Positions 26,272 through 35,843 of a stretch of 52,885 nt of DNA are shown here, in pieces (positions within the stretch are counted from its first letter, which is position 1; the number at the start of each line of letters is the position of its first letter). The stretch is from positions 1 through 52,885 of IMG/VR virus record IMGVR_UViG_3300037493_004106. The stretch is one strand, 5' to 3'. The notes under the pieces are model-generated. The model made no database searches. It saw only the letters and a program-made list of their open reading frames with translations, and had not been told where the DNA came from. This DNA comes from a virus (Duplodnaviria > Caudoviricetes). Both the position numbers and the translations under genes were made by a program.

Positions 26272-26619
26272 ATGGCACACCCAATGGATCATGCAAAATC
26301 CTCCTCAAAGAAATGGGGAGGAACTGCTGAAGAATATTTAATTTATCACAACTGGTTTGATGAAACTAAAGCTTGGGTAGGACATAGTAAACATAGAATG
26401 TTTAGACATCACTCTGAAGGTATATTTGAATTAGAAAAAGTATTTGGAAATAGCTTTGTCAACTCTGTAGGAAAAACAGTGTACATAAGATACATAGGAG
26501 AACAACATGTAAAAGAGGATTGCTATGGATATATTCCTTCTGCTAAAGAATGGGTAATGAATTTAAATAATCCAACTCCTCCAGAATGGATGATAAGAAC
26601 AATTAAAATAGAAGACTAA
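26272..26619 (+). CDS. His-rich protein (DUF6915-like)
   Basis: MAHP..HA.SS..KWGG...H.WFD.TK...HR..RHHSEG...EQHV.ED. Confidence 0.75.
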   Translation: MAHPMDHAKSSSKKWGGTAEEYLIYHNWFDETKAWVGHSKHRMFRHHSEGIFELEKVFGNSFVNSVGKTVYIRYIGEQHVKEDCYGYIPSAKEWVMNLNNPTPPEWMIRTIKIED

Positions 26620-27035
26620 TGGAAAAAGAAAGAATTAATAATGATGCAATTCAAAATATATTAAGCCTTTTAAATAGTGATGACGAAGAAAATAAAATAG
26701 TGGGATTAACAGTAATAAATGAAAAGTACTGTAATAAAAATAATTGGCTCTATGTCTTATTATTAAAAAGGAATTCCTTAGTTTCAACTGAACTATGGAT
26801 AAAGCATTGTCCTAAGTTTATTAAATATTGTGTAAAGAAAAATATAAATAAAGCATCTATTTCATTTAATGATCTCTGGAAAGAAGTATTAGATAGTAAG
26901 GAATATGATGAAATAGATATCAATAATTTTATAAAGATGTTTTCTGATCATGTAAATGAATCACTAAAATCAGTATATAACTTTATAGATGATATAGAAT
27001 TTAAAATAAAAATTAAAAACTCATCAAATGAATGA
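26619..27035 (+). CDS. Hypothetical protein
   Basis: TAATG coupled; shares a motif with 29494-30567. Confidence 0.7.
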   Translation: MEKERINNDAIQNILSLLNSDDEENKIVGLTVINEKYCNKNNWLYVLLLKRNSLVSTELWIKHCPKFIKYCVKKNINKASISFNDLWKEVLDSKEYDEIDINNFIKMFSDHVNESLKSVYNFIDDIEFKIKIKNSSNE

Positions 27036-28215
27036 TTTGAATGATGATCTAGGTAGAGTATCAAAAGAAATTATGCTTAAAGAACCATTTTATGGTTTAT
27101 TTCTAATGATGCTCAATAAGAAATGGGATAAGAAAGTAGAAACTGCTGGTGTTTCTACTGATGGTCTTAACTATTTTATATATATAAATCCAGACTTTTG
27201 GATGAGCTTACCAAGAAACAAAAAGATTGGTTTGCTAAAACATGAGCTAAAGCATATTGCTTTCTTTCATTTGACTGACTTTGGTCATCAAACTAATAAG
27301 ACTATAAGCAATATTGCAATGGATCTTCACATTAATCAAATGGAAGAACCAGATAATTTACCAGAAGGAGGAATGCTTTTATCTTCATTTCCTGATCTTA
27401 ATCTTAAAGAATATCAAGGTAGCAACTACTATTATGATGAACTGATGAAACAATCTAAGTCAAGTAGTAGTGTTCAAATGTGTATACAGGCAGATGCAAA
27501 TGGAGAAGGCGAAGTAGACACAGGAGATGGCAAGGTAAAACTCCCTAACCATGATACATGGGATGAAACAGAAATTGGTGAAGCAAATAAAAGACTTATT
27601 GAAACTCAATTAAAGGGAATTATAAATGAAGTAGCAGAAGCTACAAGAAAAAGTAGAGGTACTATACCAGGAGAATTTGCTGCTTTATTAGAAAAGATAA
27701 ATGTAGTAGAAGAAGCTAAATTCAATTGGAAAGGATATCTGCGAAGATTTGCTGGTGGTTCTACTAAGTATTATACAAAGAAAAGTAGAAGAAAGCTTAG
27801 TAGAAGATTTCCTGAAAATCCAGGGATTAAAATCAAGCAACATAAACATATCTTGGTTGGCATTGATACTTCAAGATCAGTAAGCAATAATGAGCTTAAG
27901 GAATTTTTTAATGAGATATATCATATAAATAAAACTGGATCTGAAGTAACAATATTGCAATGCGATACTGTAGTAAGATCTATAAAGAAATTTAATCCTA
28001 GAGAAGATTTGCAAATAGTAGGAAGGGGAGGCACAGATTTTCAGCCTGTCATTGACTATTTTAATGATAATAGTAGTAAATACACTTGTCTTGTATATGT
28101 AACTGATGGTGAAGCTCCACCTCCAACAGGTGTAAAAGGGAAAATACTTTGGGTATTATCCTCATCATCTAAAATGAACAATGAATTACCAGGTCCAACA
28201 ATTAAATTAAATTAA
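27028..28215 (+). CDS. Metallopeptidase (DUF2201-like) plus vWA domain protein
   Basis: HELKH zincin; MIDAS-like DTSRS, GRGGTDF, TDG. Confidence 0.9.
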   Translation: MNDLNDDLGRVSKEIMLKEPFYGLFLMMLNKKWDKKVETAGVSTDGLNYFIYINPDFWMSLPRNKKIGLLKHELKHIAFFHLTDFGHQTNKTISNIAMDLHINQMEEPDNLPEGGMLLSSFPDLNLKEYQGSNYYYDELMKQSKSSSSVQMCIQADANGEGEVDTGDGKVKLPNHDTWDETEIGEANKRLIETQLKGIINEVAEATRKSRGTIPGEFAALLEKINVVEEAKFNWKGYLRRFAGGSTKYYTKKSRRKLSRRFPENPGIKIKQHKHILVGIDTSRSVSNNELKEFFNEIYHINKTGSEVTILQCDTVVRSIKKFNPREDLQIVGRGGTDFQPVIDYFNDNSSKYTCLVYVTDGEAPPPTGVKGKILWVLSSSSKMNNELPGPTIKLN

Positions 28216-28216
28216 A

Positions 28217-29440
28217 ATGAGAGAAGTAAATCTTAATATTGACGAAGCAAAAGACTTTTTGAAACATATTATATCTAACAATAGATATTTACAGGAAAAT
28301 AATAAAAAACCAGTAGCTGTAGAAATTATTGGTGATTCAGGTATTGGTAAAACTAGTATGGTATTACAAGTAGCTGAAGAAAATAAGTTAAACTATGTAA
28401 AGTTAAACTTAACTCAGATAGAAGAATTAGGTGATCTTGTGGGCTTTCCTATTCGCCAATTTCAACTTTGTAAAGAAGCGAGTAAATCTTCTACTGGTGA
28501 TTTATTTAATTCTACTGATGAAGAATCAGAATGTCTTTGGGTAGATGAACATGCTATTGATGAATATGTAAAGAGAGGATTTACATTTACAGGAAAAAAG
28601 AGACAATCTCATTGTCCTCCTGAATGGATAGCAGATGTAAAAGGTGGTGGTATCCTAATTCTTGATGACTGGAATCGTGCAGAAATGCGCTTTATCCAAG
28701 CAGTAATGGAATTAATTGATAGACAAGAATATGTATCATGGAAATTACCAAAAGATTGGCATATCATTCTTACTGCAAATCCAGATAATGGAGATTATTT
28801 AGTAAACTCTATTGACAATGCGCAACGCACTCGCTTTATCAAAGTAAATCTAAAGTTTGATATTGATATCTGGGCACGCTGGGCAGAGAAAGAGAAAGTA
28901 GATAATAGATGTATTAACTTTTTATTGTTACATCCAGAATATGTAAGTAAAGATACTAATGCAAGATCAATTACTAATTTCTTTAACTCAATATCTTCAA
29001 TTGATAGCTTTGAGGAGAACCTTAATCTTATTCAGATGATTGGTGAGGGTTCTGTTGGACCTGAGCTTACTAGTTTATTTACTTCATTTATTCATAATAA
29101 GCTAGATAAAATCATAAGCCCTTCAGAGATCTTTAATAATGAAGACTTTGATTATGCAAAAGGTAGAATCAGACATATTGTTGGTAACAAGGAGAAATAT
29201 CGAGCAGACCTAGCAAGTATTATTACAACTAGGATTATTAATTATACTATAGACTTTTCTGAAAAGAATAGTATATCAAAAGAGATGCTTAATAAGATAG
29301 CTGTTATTTGTTCTGAAGAAGAATTAATTAATTCAGATCTGCAGTATGTAATTATTAAAAGACTTGTTGGTGGCAACAAGCTAAAATTTGGCAAATTATT
29401 AGAGAAGCCAGAATTAATTAAAATAGCCACTAAACTTTAA
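28217..29440 (+). CDS. MoxR-like AAA+ ATPase
   Basis: GDSGIGKT, ILILDDWNRA, TANP, D.AQRTRF. Confidence 0.9.
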   Translation: MREVNLNIDEAKDFLKHIISNNRYLQENNKKPVAVEIIGDSGIGKTSMVLQVAEENKLNYVKLNLTQIEELGDLVGFPIRQFQLCKEASKSSTGDLFNSTDEESECLWVDEHAIDEYVKRGFTFTGKKRQSHCPPEWIADVKGGGILILDDWNRAEMRFIQAVMELIDRQEYVSWKLPKDWHIILTANPDNGDYLVNSIDNAQRTRFIKVNLKFDIDIWARWAEKEKVDNRCINFLLLHPEYVSKDTNARSITNFFNSISSIDSFEENLNLIQMIGEGSVGPELTSLFTSFIHNKLDKIISPSEIFNNEDFDYAKGRIRHIVGNKEKYRADLASIITTRIINYTIDFSEKNSISKEMLNKIAVICSEEELINSDLQYVIIKRLVGGNKLKFGKLLEKPELIKIATKL

Positions 29441-29446
29441 AATACC

Positions 29447-29473
29447 AAGGGGAATGTAAAAGTTCCCCTTTTT
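29447..29473 (+). terminator. Intrinsic terminator
   Basis: AAGGGGAAT...GTTCCCCTTTTT. Confidence 0.75.
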
Positions 29474-29493
29474 ATTCAAAACAAAATTTAATT

Positions 29494-30567
29494 ATGAAAA
29501 AAGAATTAATGACAAATTTCTCATATACATCCTATGGAACTAGAGAAATAAATTTTAAGGAGGTTCTCTTTTTAGAAAATGAATATTCTGATTTTATGAA
29601 TCCTACAAAAACAGATATTACTAATTGTGTAACCATATATATAGATAAAAATATTAAAATTAATAGAAATAAATTAAAAGATATAGGATATAAAATTGTA
29701 AGAGAACCAGCTAAAGCAGATATTATATTATTTAATATTGATGATTATATAGATTATAAAAATTTGTATAAAGTTTCTATGGGAGATTATAAAAACTTAC
29801 ATCATTTTGGTAGCTTAAATCCTAAGATTACAATGGACTCACAAGCTAGTGAAACTTTAACTCATCTTATTCAAGAAGGTAAAGACCTTTATACTGAATC
29901 ATGGTATGCATCATGGATTATATTACCAAATTCTAAGGAATTTGATGAATCAAAAGGTTCACATACAATTTTAGAAAAATATATAAATCACATTAAAACA
30001 ATGTACTTTTATAAGGATAAAATAATTAGTGCAGATCTTTTATATAAAAATAGAACAGAGGAAATTGTAATAGATAAAGAACTATATAACAATTTGAATT
30101 CATTATTTGAAAGTAAAGATCGAGAAAATCAAGTTGTAGCATTACAAGCATTAACTAATTGTAATTATATTAAATCTGCACCTTATATTTTAAAGTTAAT
30201 ATTTGATCATGAAAGAAGAATCTTTGAACTTAGAGAAAAGAATCATATTAATTTTAAAAGTTTATTAACTTTCTTTAATATAAATAGATTGTATAACTCT
30301 ATTAGTAGTATTGATAATTGTGTTAAAAAGTTAGAGTCAAAAAAATTAATGAGTCTTGAAAATCTACAAATATTAATAGATCTTTATAGTGTTGATAGTT
30401 TTGGTATAGATAGTGAATACTTAACAGTTTCTAAGTTATCACTTACCAATGAAGCAATAACTTCTATTTTAGAAGCTGAAACACAATTAAATTCATCTGC
30501 AATAGATGAAGAGTATCTAAAAAATTTATCAATCAATTTTGATGATGGCTTAATATCTATAAATTAA
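29494..30567 (+). CDS. Hypothetical protein
   Basis: 357-aa ORF; YKIVREPAKADII; FESKDRENQVVAL. Confidence 0.75.
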   Translation: MKKELMTNFSYTSYGTREINFKEVLFLENEYSDFMNPTKTDITNCVTIYIDKNIKINRNKLKDIGYKIVREPAKADIILFNIDDYIDYKNLYKVSMGDYKNLHHFGSLNPKITMDSQASETLTHLIQEGKDLYTESWYASWIILPNSKEFDESKGSHTILEKYINHIKTMYFYKDKIISADLLYKNRTEEIVIDKELYNNLNSLFESKDRENQVVALQALTNCNYIKSAPYILKLIFDHERRIFELREKNHINFKSLLTFFNINRLYNSISSIDNCVKKLESKKLMSLENLQILIDLYSVDSFGIDSEYLTVSKLSLTNEAITSILEAETQLNSSAIDEEYLKNLSINFDDGLISIN

Positions 30568-30573
30568 ATAACA

Positions 30574-31590
30574 ATGAATAAAGAAGATAAATACATTTTA
30601 GAAACTAAGTTTTATAATAATCCTTTTAGTTTTAGCTATTCTAGTTTAAATAAGCTTCTATACTCTCCAAAATTATTCTACAAAGATTATATTCTTAATG
30701 AAAGAGAAGAGTTATCAGATGCACATTTAGTAGAAGGTAAAATGATACATAGTTTATTATTAGAAGATGCAAGTTTTGATGAGCAATTTATATTATCCCC
30801 TGGTAAAATTCCATCACATGGAACAGGGGAAAGAATTGTTATAGACAAGCTATATCTTAAAACTAAAAATGAAGACAAATTAAGTAAAAATTTAGATGAA
30901 CTTGAAGATGAACTATTAGAAGTAATGAGAGATGTGAATCTCCACCAAAAATTAAAAACAGATAAACAAAGAATTGAAAAAATTGTAACAGAATCAAATG
31001 ACACTTACTTTAATTTCTTAAAAAGAAAAGGAAAAAAAACTATAATTGAAGCTGAAATATTAGAAAAATGTAGTAATATTGTATCGCTTATCAAGCAAAA
31101 TGAACTCATCTCTGATCTAATTGGTTTAGGCAAGAACTCTGAAAATTATACTGTATACAATGAAATTCAAATTGAACACAAACAATTTAATTTAAAATAT
31201 CCAGAAATTGGTATAAAAGGAATTCTTGATAATCTAACAGTTGATGTCCAAAATGAAATCATAAGAATTAATGACATTAAAACAACAAGTAAATCTTTAA
31301 TTGAATTCAAAGATTCTATAGAATATTATAAATATTGGTTACAAGCCGGATTCTATAAAAAACTTGTTGCTCATTTTCTGGGAGATGATATTTGTAAACA
31401 CATGAAATTAGAATTTAGATTTATTGCAATTGATAAATATGGTTCTGTTTATCCTTATTTAGTAAGTGATGCTACGATGGCTAAGTGGGAAGAGCTTACT
31501 AATGATGCAATAATGAAAGGTTATTTTCACTACAAACAAAAATCATTTGATTTACCATATGAATTAGCAATGGGACAAATTATTTTGTAA
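30574..31590 (+). CDS. PD-(D/E)XK exonuclease (RecE/Cas4-like)
   Basis: FSYSSL, G..IH, E...KGILD...DIKTT, Y.Y.LQA..Y. Confidence 0.88.
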   Translation: MNKEDKYILETKFYNNPFSFSYSSLNKLLYSPKLFYKDYILNEREELSDAHLVEGKMIHSLLLEDASFDEQFILSPGKIPSHGTGERIVIDKLYLKTKNEDKLSKNLDELEDELLEVMRDVNLHQKLKTDKQRIEKIVTESNDTYFNFLKRKGKKTIIEAEILEKCSNIVSLIKQNELISDLIGLGKNSENYTVYNEIQIEHKQFNLKYPEIGIKGILDNLTVDVQNEIIRINDIKTTSKSLIEFKDSIEYYKYWLQAGFYKKLVAHFLGDDICKHMKLEFRFIAIDKYGSVYPYLVSDATMAKWEELTNDAIMKGYFHYKQKSFDLPYELAMGQIIL

Positions 31591-31592
31591 AC

Positions 31593-32165
31593 ATGCAGGT
31601 CATAAATCAAGCTAATAAACAGTACTTTCAAAAAAGCAAAGTCTTTATTTATCCAATACTTGGAATAAAAAAGCATGAAAGTATTAGTTTAATTGAAACG
31701 TATATAGGGTGGAATGAAAAAAATATCCATCAGGATGATTGTAAATTAGTATGCATCTTTTATTTAAGAGATGACATAGAGTTTAAAACCTTTATAAGTA
31801 AGAGATTATTTTCTAATCCTTATTTCAAAGAGTATTTTGAACTTGAAGAAAAGAAAGGAGCTTTTGTATTTGATCTAAGACATTATAAAGAGGACTATAA
31901 GTATTTTACAAATGGTAAGTATTCAATGTTTAGCCAAAAGCTAAAAAATATGATTACTGGTCATCAATTAAAACATAGTGCTAATTACTCTTATGTCAAT
32001 AGCTTTATATATCCAGATATATTTTTTGGAGTATATAAAGATTTATTACAAGTAGATATAAAGCTTCTTCAGTCAGTAGGCGAGTTATGTGACAAGCCAG
32101 ATCTAGAAAAAGAAATCTTAACAGCTAAGATTAAAATACTAGAGCTAAATGAAAACAAACAATAA
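31593..32165 (+). CDS. Hypothetical Crassvirales-type protein
   Basis: KS..FIYP.LG...F..GKYS...GELC.KPD..KE. Confidence 0.75.
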   Translation: MQVINQANKQYFQKSKVFIYPILGIKKHESISLIETYIGWNEKNIHQDDCKLVCIFYLRDDIEFKTFISKRLFSNPYFKEYFELEEKKGAFVFDLRHYKEDYKYFTNGKYSMFSQKLKNMITGHQLKHSANYSYVNSFIYPDIFFGVYKDLLQVDIKLLQSVGELCDKPDLEKEILTAKIKILELNENKQ

Positions 32166-32177
32166 ATAAATATAACT

Positions 32178-32570
32178 ATGACAAAAACAATGCTGATTTA
32201 TTCTTCAGAGTGGAATGGTATCCCCACTTTTAAATTAATACCAATTGATGCATCTTGTCCATTTTTAGAGATGATCTTTATGCCAAACTACCAAGGATTA
32301 GGTGTAATGAGCAAACATGTAAAAACCATGTTCAAAATGATTGATAAGGTTGATGAAAATGGTTTGCCAATTTATGTAAAAGGAACCAAAACAGTTAAAC
32401 AAGAGAGAAAGCAAGTACCTGTAGAGTATGAATACTTTTTGGTAAAGTCTCATGAAATAATTGACTTGATTGAAAGATTTGCAATAAACTCTGATGTTTA
32501 TGATTACAAAATGTTTTTTACTAAAGCTGAAATAGTTGAACCTATTTCTGAAGCAGAAGTAAGTAATTAA
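32178..32570 (+). CDS. Hypothetical protein
   Basis: 130-aa ORF. Confidence 0.75.
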   Translation: MTKTMLIYSSEWNGIPTFKLIPIDASCPFLEMIFMPNYQGLGVMSKHVKTMFKMIDKVDENGLPIYVKGTKTVKQERKQVPVEYEYFLVKSHEIIDLIERFAINSDVYDYKMFFTKAEIVEPISEAEVSN

Positions 32571-32581
32571 TCTATTGGATT

Positions 32582-32610
32582 GGGGCAGAGTATTATCTTT
32601 GCCCCTTTCC
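32582..32610 (+). terminator. Hairpin (terminator or leader element) upstream of the polymerase gene
   Basis: GGGGCAGAG-TATTAT-CTTTGCCCC with a short T tail. Confidence 0.55.
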
Positions 32611-32650
32611 ATTAATTTTTGGGGGGACAGCTTAACTGAACAAAAATTTT

Positions 32651-34651
32651 ATGAGAACTCATTATGTACATGATTATGAAACATTAGCCAATTGTTTTGT
32701 AGGGATTTTCGAAGATTATAAAACTGATGACAGAAAAATATTTGTTGTTCATCAATTAAGAAATGATTTTAAAGAACTTATAGAGTTTCTTATTAAGAAT
32801 AGAGATAACAATGAAAGACATATATCATTTAATGGAATAGCTTTTGACTCTCAAATAACTGAACATCTATTAAAAAATAGAAATAAATTTTTAAAATCTG
32901 ATGCAGAATTTATAGCCAAATCTATTTATGGTAAGGCACAAAGCATTATTGAAAAACAAAATAAAGGAGAATTTCCAGAAGTACAAGAATCAAAACTTTC
33001 TATTAAACAAATAGATGTATTTAAACTCAATCATTGGGATAATCCAGCAAAAAGATCTAGCTTAAAATTTATACAATATTCTATGAATTGGCACAATATA
33101 TTAGAAATGCCAATTCATCATACAACAAATATTGAAACATTAGAACAAATTGAAATTATAATTGACTATTGTATAAATGATGTTATATCTACAAAAAAGA
33201 TATATGAGAAAAGTAAAGAGCTCATTAAACTAAGAAAAAGTTTAACAGAAGAATATGATATTAATTTATATAGTGCATCTGAGCCTAAAATATCAAAAGA
33301 GTTATTTCTTTATTTTTTAAATAAACAAACAAATATTTCAAAGTTTGAACTTAAACAACTCAAGACAAGTAGAACTAATATTAAAGTATCAGATATCATT
33401 CTGCCTTATATTAAGTTTGAACAACCTGAGTTTATAAAACTGCATGAGGAATGTATGAAGCTTAATATAGATCCTGATAATATCAAGGGTAGCTTTAAGC
33501 ATGTGCTTACTTATAAAGGTGTAAAAACAGAATATGGTTTGGGTGGTATTCATGGTGCTACAAGTAGTGGTATATACAAAGCAAGTAATGATATGATAAT
33601 TATGTCTTCAGATGTAACTTCATTTTATCCAAATCTAGCTATTAGAAATAAATGGGCCCCAGCTCATCTCCCTAAAAAAGAATTCTGTGACCTGTATGAA
33701 TGGATATTTGAGGAAAGAAAAAAGATACCCAAGAAAGATCCTAAGAACTATGTATATAAGATTATTCTTAATGCTACTTATGGTTTGAGTATTGATCCAA
33801 CTTCTTTTCTATATGATCCACAATTTGGTATGCAGATTACAATTAATGGTCAGTTACTTCTTACAAAGCTGTATGAGATGATTACTATGGCAATCCCAGA
33901 ATCTATCTCTCTAATGCAAAATACAGATGGTTTAGAGATACTGATACCAAAGGACAAGAAAGATGTTTATTTGCAAGTATGTAAGGAATGGGAAGACTTA
34001 ACCCAACTAGAGCTTGAGCATGATGAATATCAAAAATTAATAATTGCTGATGTCAATAATTATATTGGTGTATTTAAGTATAGAGTTGTTAGTAAAGAAA
34101 CATATCTAGAACTTAAAGAAAAGAATCCTGATGATCTTTTTAAGATGAGCAAAGGTATATTCTATTATGCCCCTGCTAAATGCAAGGGTAGATTTGAGTA
34201 TAAAGATCTAGCTCTTCATAAAAATAAAAGTAAGCTTGTAATACCTAAAGCATTATTCAAATACTTTATTCATAATGTTAGCCCAGCTAAATATTTAGAA
34301 AGTAATAAAGATATATTTGATTATTGTATTGGTGTTAGAATCAAAGGAGAATGGGAATTTAATAGAACCTGTATAATTGATAGGAAAGTAAGTTATGAAA
34401 AGCTTCAGAATACTTTAAGGTATTATGTTTCTACTGATGGCTGTAAAATAGTCAAGAGAAATAAAAATGATAATAGAGAAATTCAATTAGAATCCGGTGA
34501 ATGGATGCAAACACTCTTTAATAAATATGAAGAGATGAAATTTTCTAATTATAATATTAATACAAAGTATTATCTGCAAGCAATAGAAAAAGAAATAGAA
34601 AACATAGAGCCAAGGCAAATGATGCAATTGGCAATTGATTACTTTAAATAA
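32651..34651 (+). CDS. polB: Family B DNA polymerase with 3'-5' exonuclease
   Basis: Exo DYE, FNGIAFD, YCINDV; Pol DVTSFYPN, KIILNATYG, NTDG. Confidence 0.95.
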   Translation: MRTHYVHDYETLANCFVGIFEDYKTDDRKIFVVHQLRNDFKELIEFLIKNRDNNERHISFNGIAFDSQITEHLLKNRNKFLKSDAEFIAKSIYGKAQSIIEKQNKGEFPEVQESKLSIKQIDVFKLNHWDNPAKRSSLKFIQYSMNWHNILEMPIHHTTNIETLEQIEIIIDYCINDVISTKKIYEKSKELIKLRKSLTEEYDINLYSASEPKISKELFLYFLNKQTNISKFELKQLKTSRTNIKVSDIILPYIKFEQPEFIKLHEECMKLNIDPDNIKGSFKHVLTYKGVKTEYGLGGIHGATSSGIYKASNDMIIMSSDVTSFYPNLAIRNKWAPAHLPKKEFCDLYEWIFEERKKIPKKDPKNYVYKIILNATYGLSIDPTSFLYDPQFGMQITINGQLLLTKLYEMITMAIPESISLMQNTDGLEILIPKDKKDVYLQVCKEWEDLTQLELEHDEYQKLIIADVNNYIGVFKYRVVSKETYLELKEKNPDDLFKMSKGIFYYAPAKCKGRFEYKDLALHKNKSKLVIPKALFKYFIHNVSPAKYLESNKDIFDYCIGVRIKGEWEFNRTCIIDRKVSYEKLQNTLRYYVSTDGCKIVKRNKNDNREIQLESGEWMQTLFNKYEEMKFSNYNINTKYYLQAIEKEIENIEPRQMMQLAIDYFK

Positions 34652-34657
34652 TTTAAT

Positions 34658-35428
34658 ATGGCAAAAAGATCTGGTATTGTAGAAAAATCATATCTACTAG
34701 GGATACCTGTACCCCAACAAACAAAGACATACACTCCAATTCCTCACTTGTATGCAATGGACATAACTCTGAAAAAGCTTTCAGATAAAAACTTTATACT
34801 TCTAGATGAAATTTATAGATGCAACAATAGTGGTTTAATAGCTCAGGGTAATTATATCTTGAGCTACTCCACGGATGAAGATTTAAATATGATGGTAGGT
34901 TGGAGCAATAGCTATGACAAATCATGCAGATTTAGATTTATTGTTGGTGCATATATAAAGGAATCTAAAAGTTATATGATATCTGGCGCACTAGGTACAT
35001 GGGATAAAGTACACAGAGGTGACGCTGATAAATTAACTATTGAGCAAATTGAATATCAAGTTAATAATGCAAATAAGTATTACCAGCAATTAGTAAATGA
35101 TAAAAATGTAATGAAAACAGTTGCTATTGATATGAACATTATGTCTATAGCTTTAGGTGAAATTTATTTAAAGTATAACTTAATTAGTGATGAGCAAGTA
35201 TCAATGATTAAACAAATTGTAAGCAAAGATCCTAAATCAGTTACTAATCTTTGGCAGTTTTATAATGCGATTGTTATTTCTTTACAAAAATCTCACCCTA
35301 AAAATTGGATAGACCAGCAAATTAGCATACATTATTACATCTGCAATTCTTTTAATATAGTAAACCAAACATTAAAATTTGAAGAAGATGTTAATGATGA
35401 AAAAGTTGAAGAACTATTTGTTGAGTAA
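34658..35428 (+). CDS. DUF932-like phage protein
   Basis: TYTPIPH...WSNSYDKS..F....G...H.G...LW..YN. Confidence 0.65.
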   Translation: MAKRSGIVEKSYLLGIPVPQQTKTYTPIPHLYAMDITLKKLSDKNFILLDEIYRCNNSGLIAQGNYILSYSTDEDLNMMVGWSNSYDKSCRFRFIVGAYIKESKSYMISGALGTWDKVHRGDADKLTIEQIEYQVNNANKYYQQLVNDKNVMKTVAIDMNIMSIALGEIYLKYNLISDEQVSMIKQIVSKDPKSVTNLWQFYNAIVISLQKSHPKNWIDQQISIHYYICNSFNIVNQTLKFEEDVNDEKVEELFVE

Positions 35429-35539
35429 AGATGATTATTATATAAAATATAAATACTATAAGAGGAAGAACACCATTAAAGGGTGGATCTTCCACTTATG
35501 GTTAGTGCTTATATCTTTAAGCAATACAAAATAAACATA

Positions 35540-35797
35540 ATGGTATATATAGATATAACCCCAAAATCCGGGAAAGCATTGCTTTTAGGAACATATACTT
35601 GGGAAGATGAAAATTACAGTGAGAAGTTCCATATTGAATTATCCTGGATGACTAGTAATGGAGAAGGATTACAAGTAAATCAAATACTCTGGCAAAGTGA
35701 TGTTGATGAACTAAAAAAATCTATAGCAGAAATTGAAATAATGGATGCTTATAACAAACTTAATAAAGAAATAGTAATACTATTAAAAGATAAATAA
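35540..35797 (+). CDS. Hypothetical protein
   Basis: Likely start ATG 35540 (MVYIDITPK) after A-rich leader. Confidence 0.6.
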   Translation: MVYIDITPKSGKALLLGTYTWEDENYSEKFHIELSWMTSNGEGLQVNQILWQSDVDELKKSIAEIEIMDAYNKLNKEIVILLKDK

Positions 35798-35805
35798 TAA
35801 AATTT

Positions 35806-35843
35806 AGGGGAGATTGGCTTAGGCCTTTCTCCCCTTTTTTTTT
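35806..35843. terminator. Terminator at the convergence of the two genome arms
   Basis: AGGGGAGA...TCTCCCCT plus T-run between convergent stops. Confidence 0.85.

Noticed and set aside
30574-31590. Cas4 as evidence of a CRISPR system
   Set aside because: No Fe-S cysteine cluster pattern; a typical stand-alone phage PD-(D/E)XK nuclease
32651-34651. Inteins in PolB, DnaB or the RNAP
   Set aside because: Lengths and motif spacing look uninterrupted, and no C...HN splice motifs were recognised
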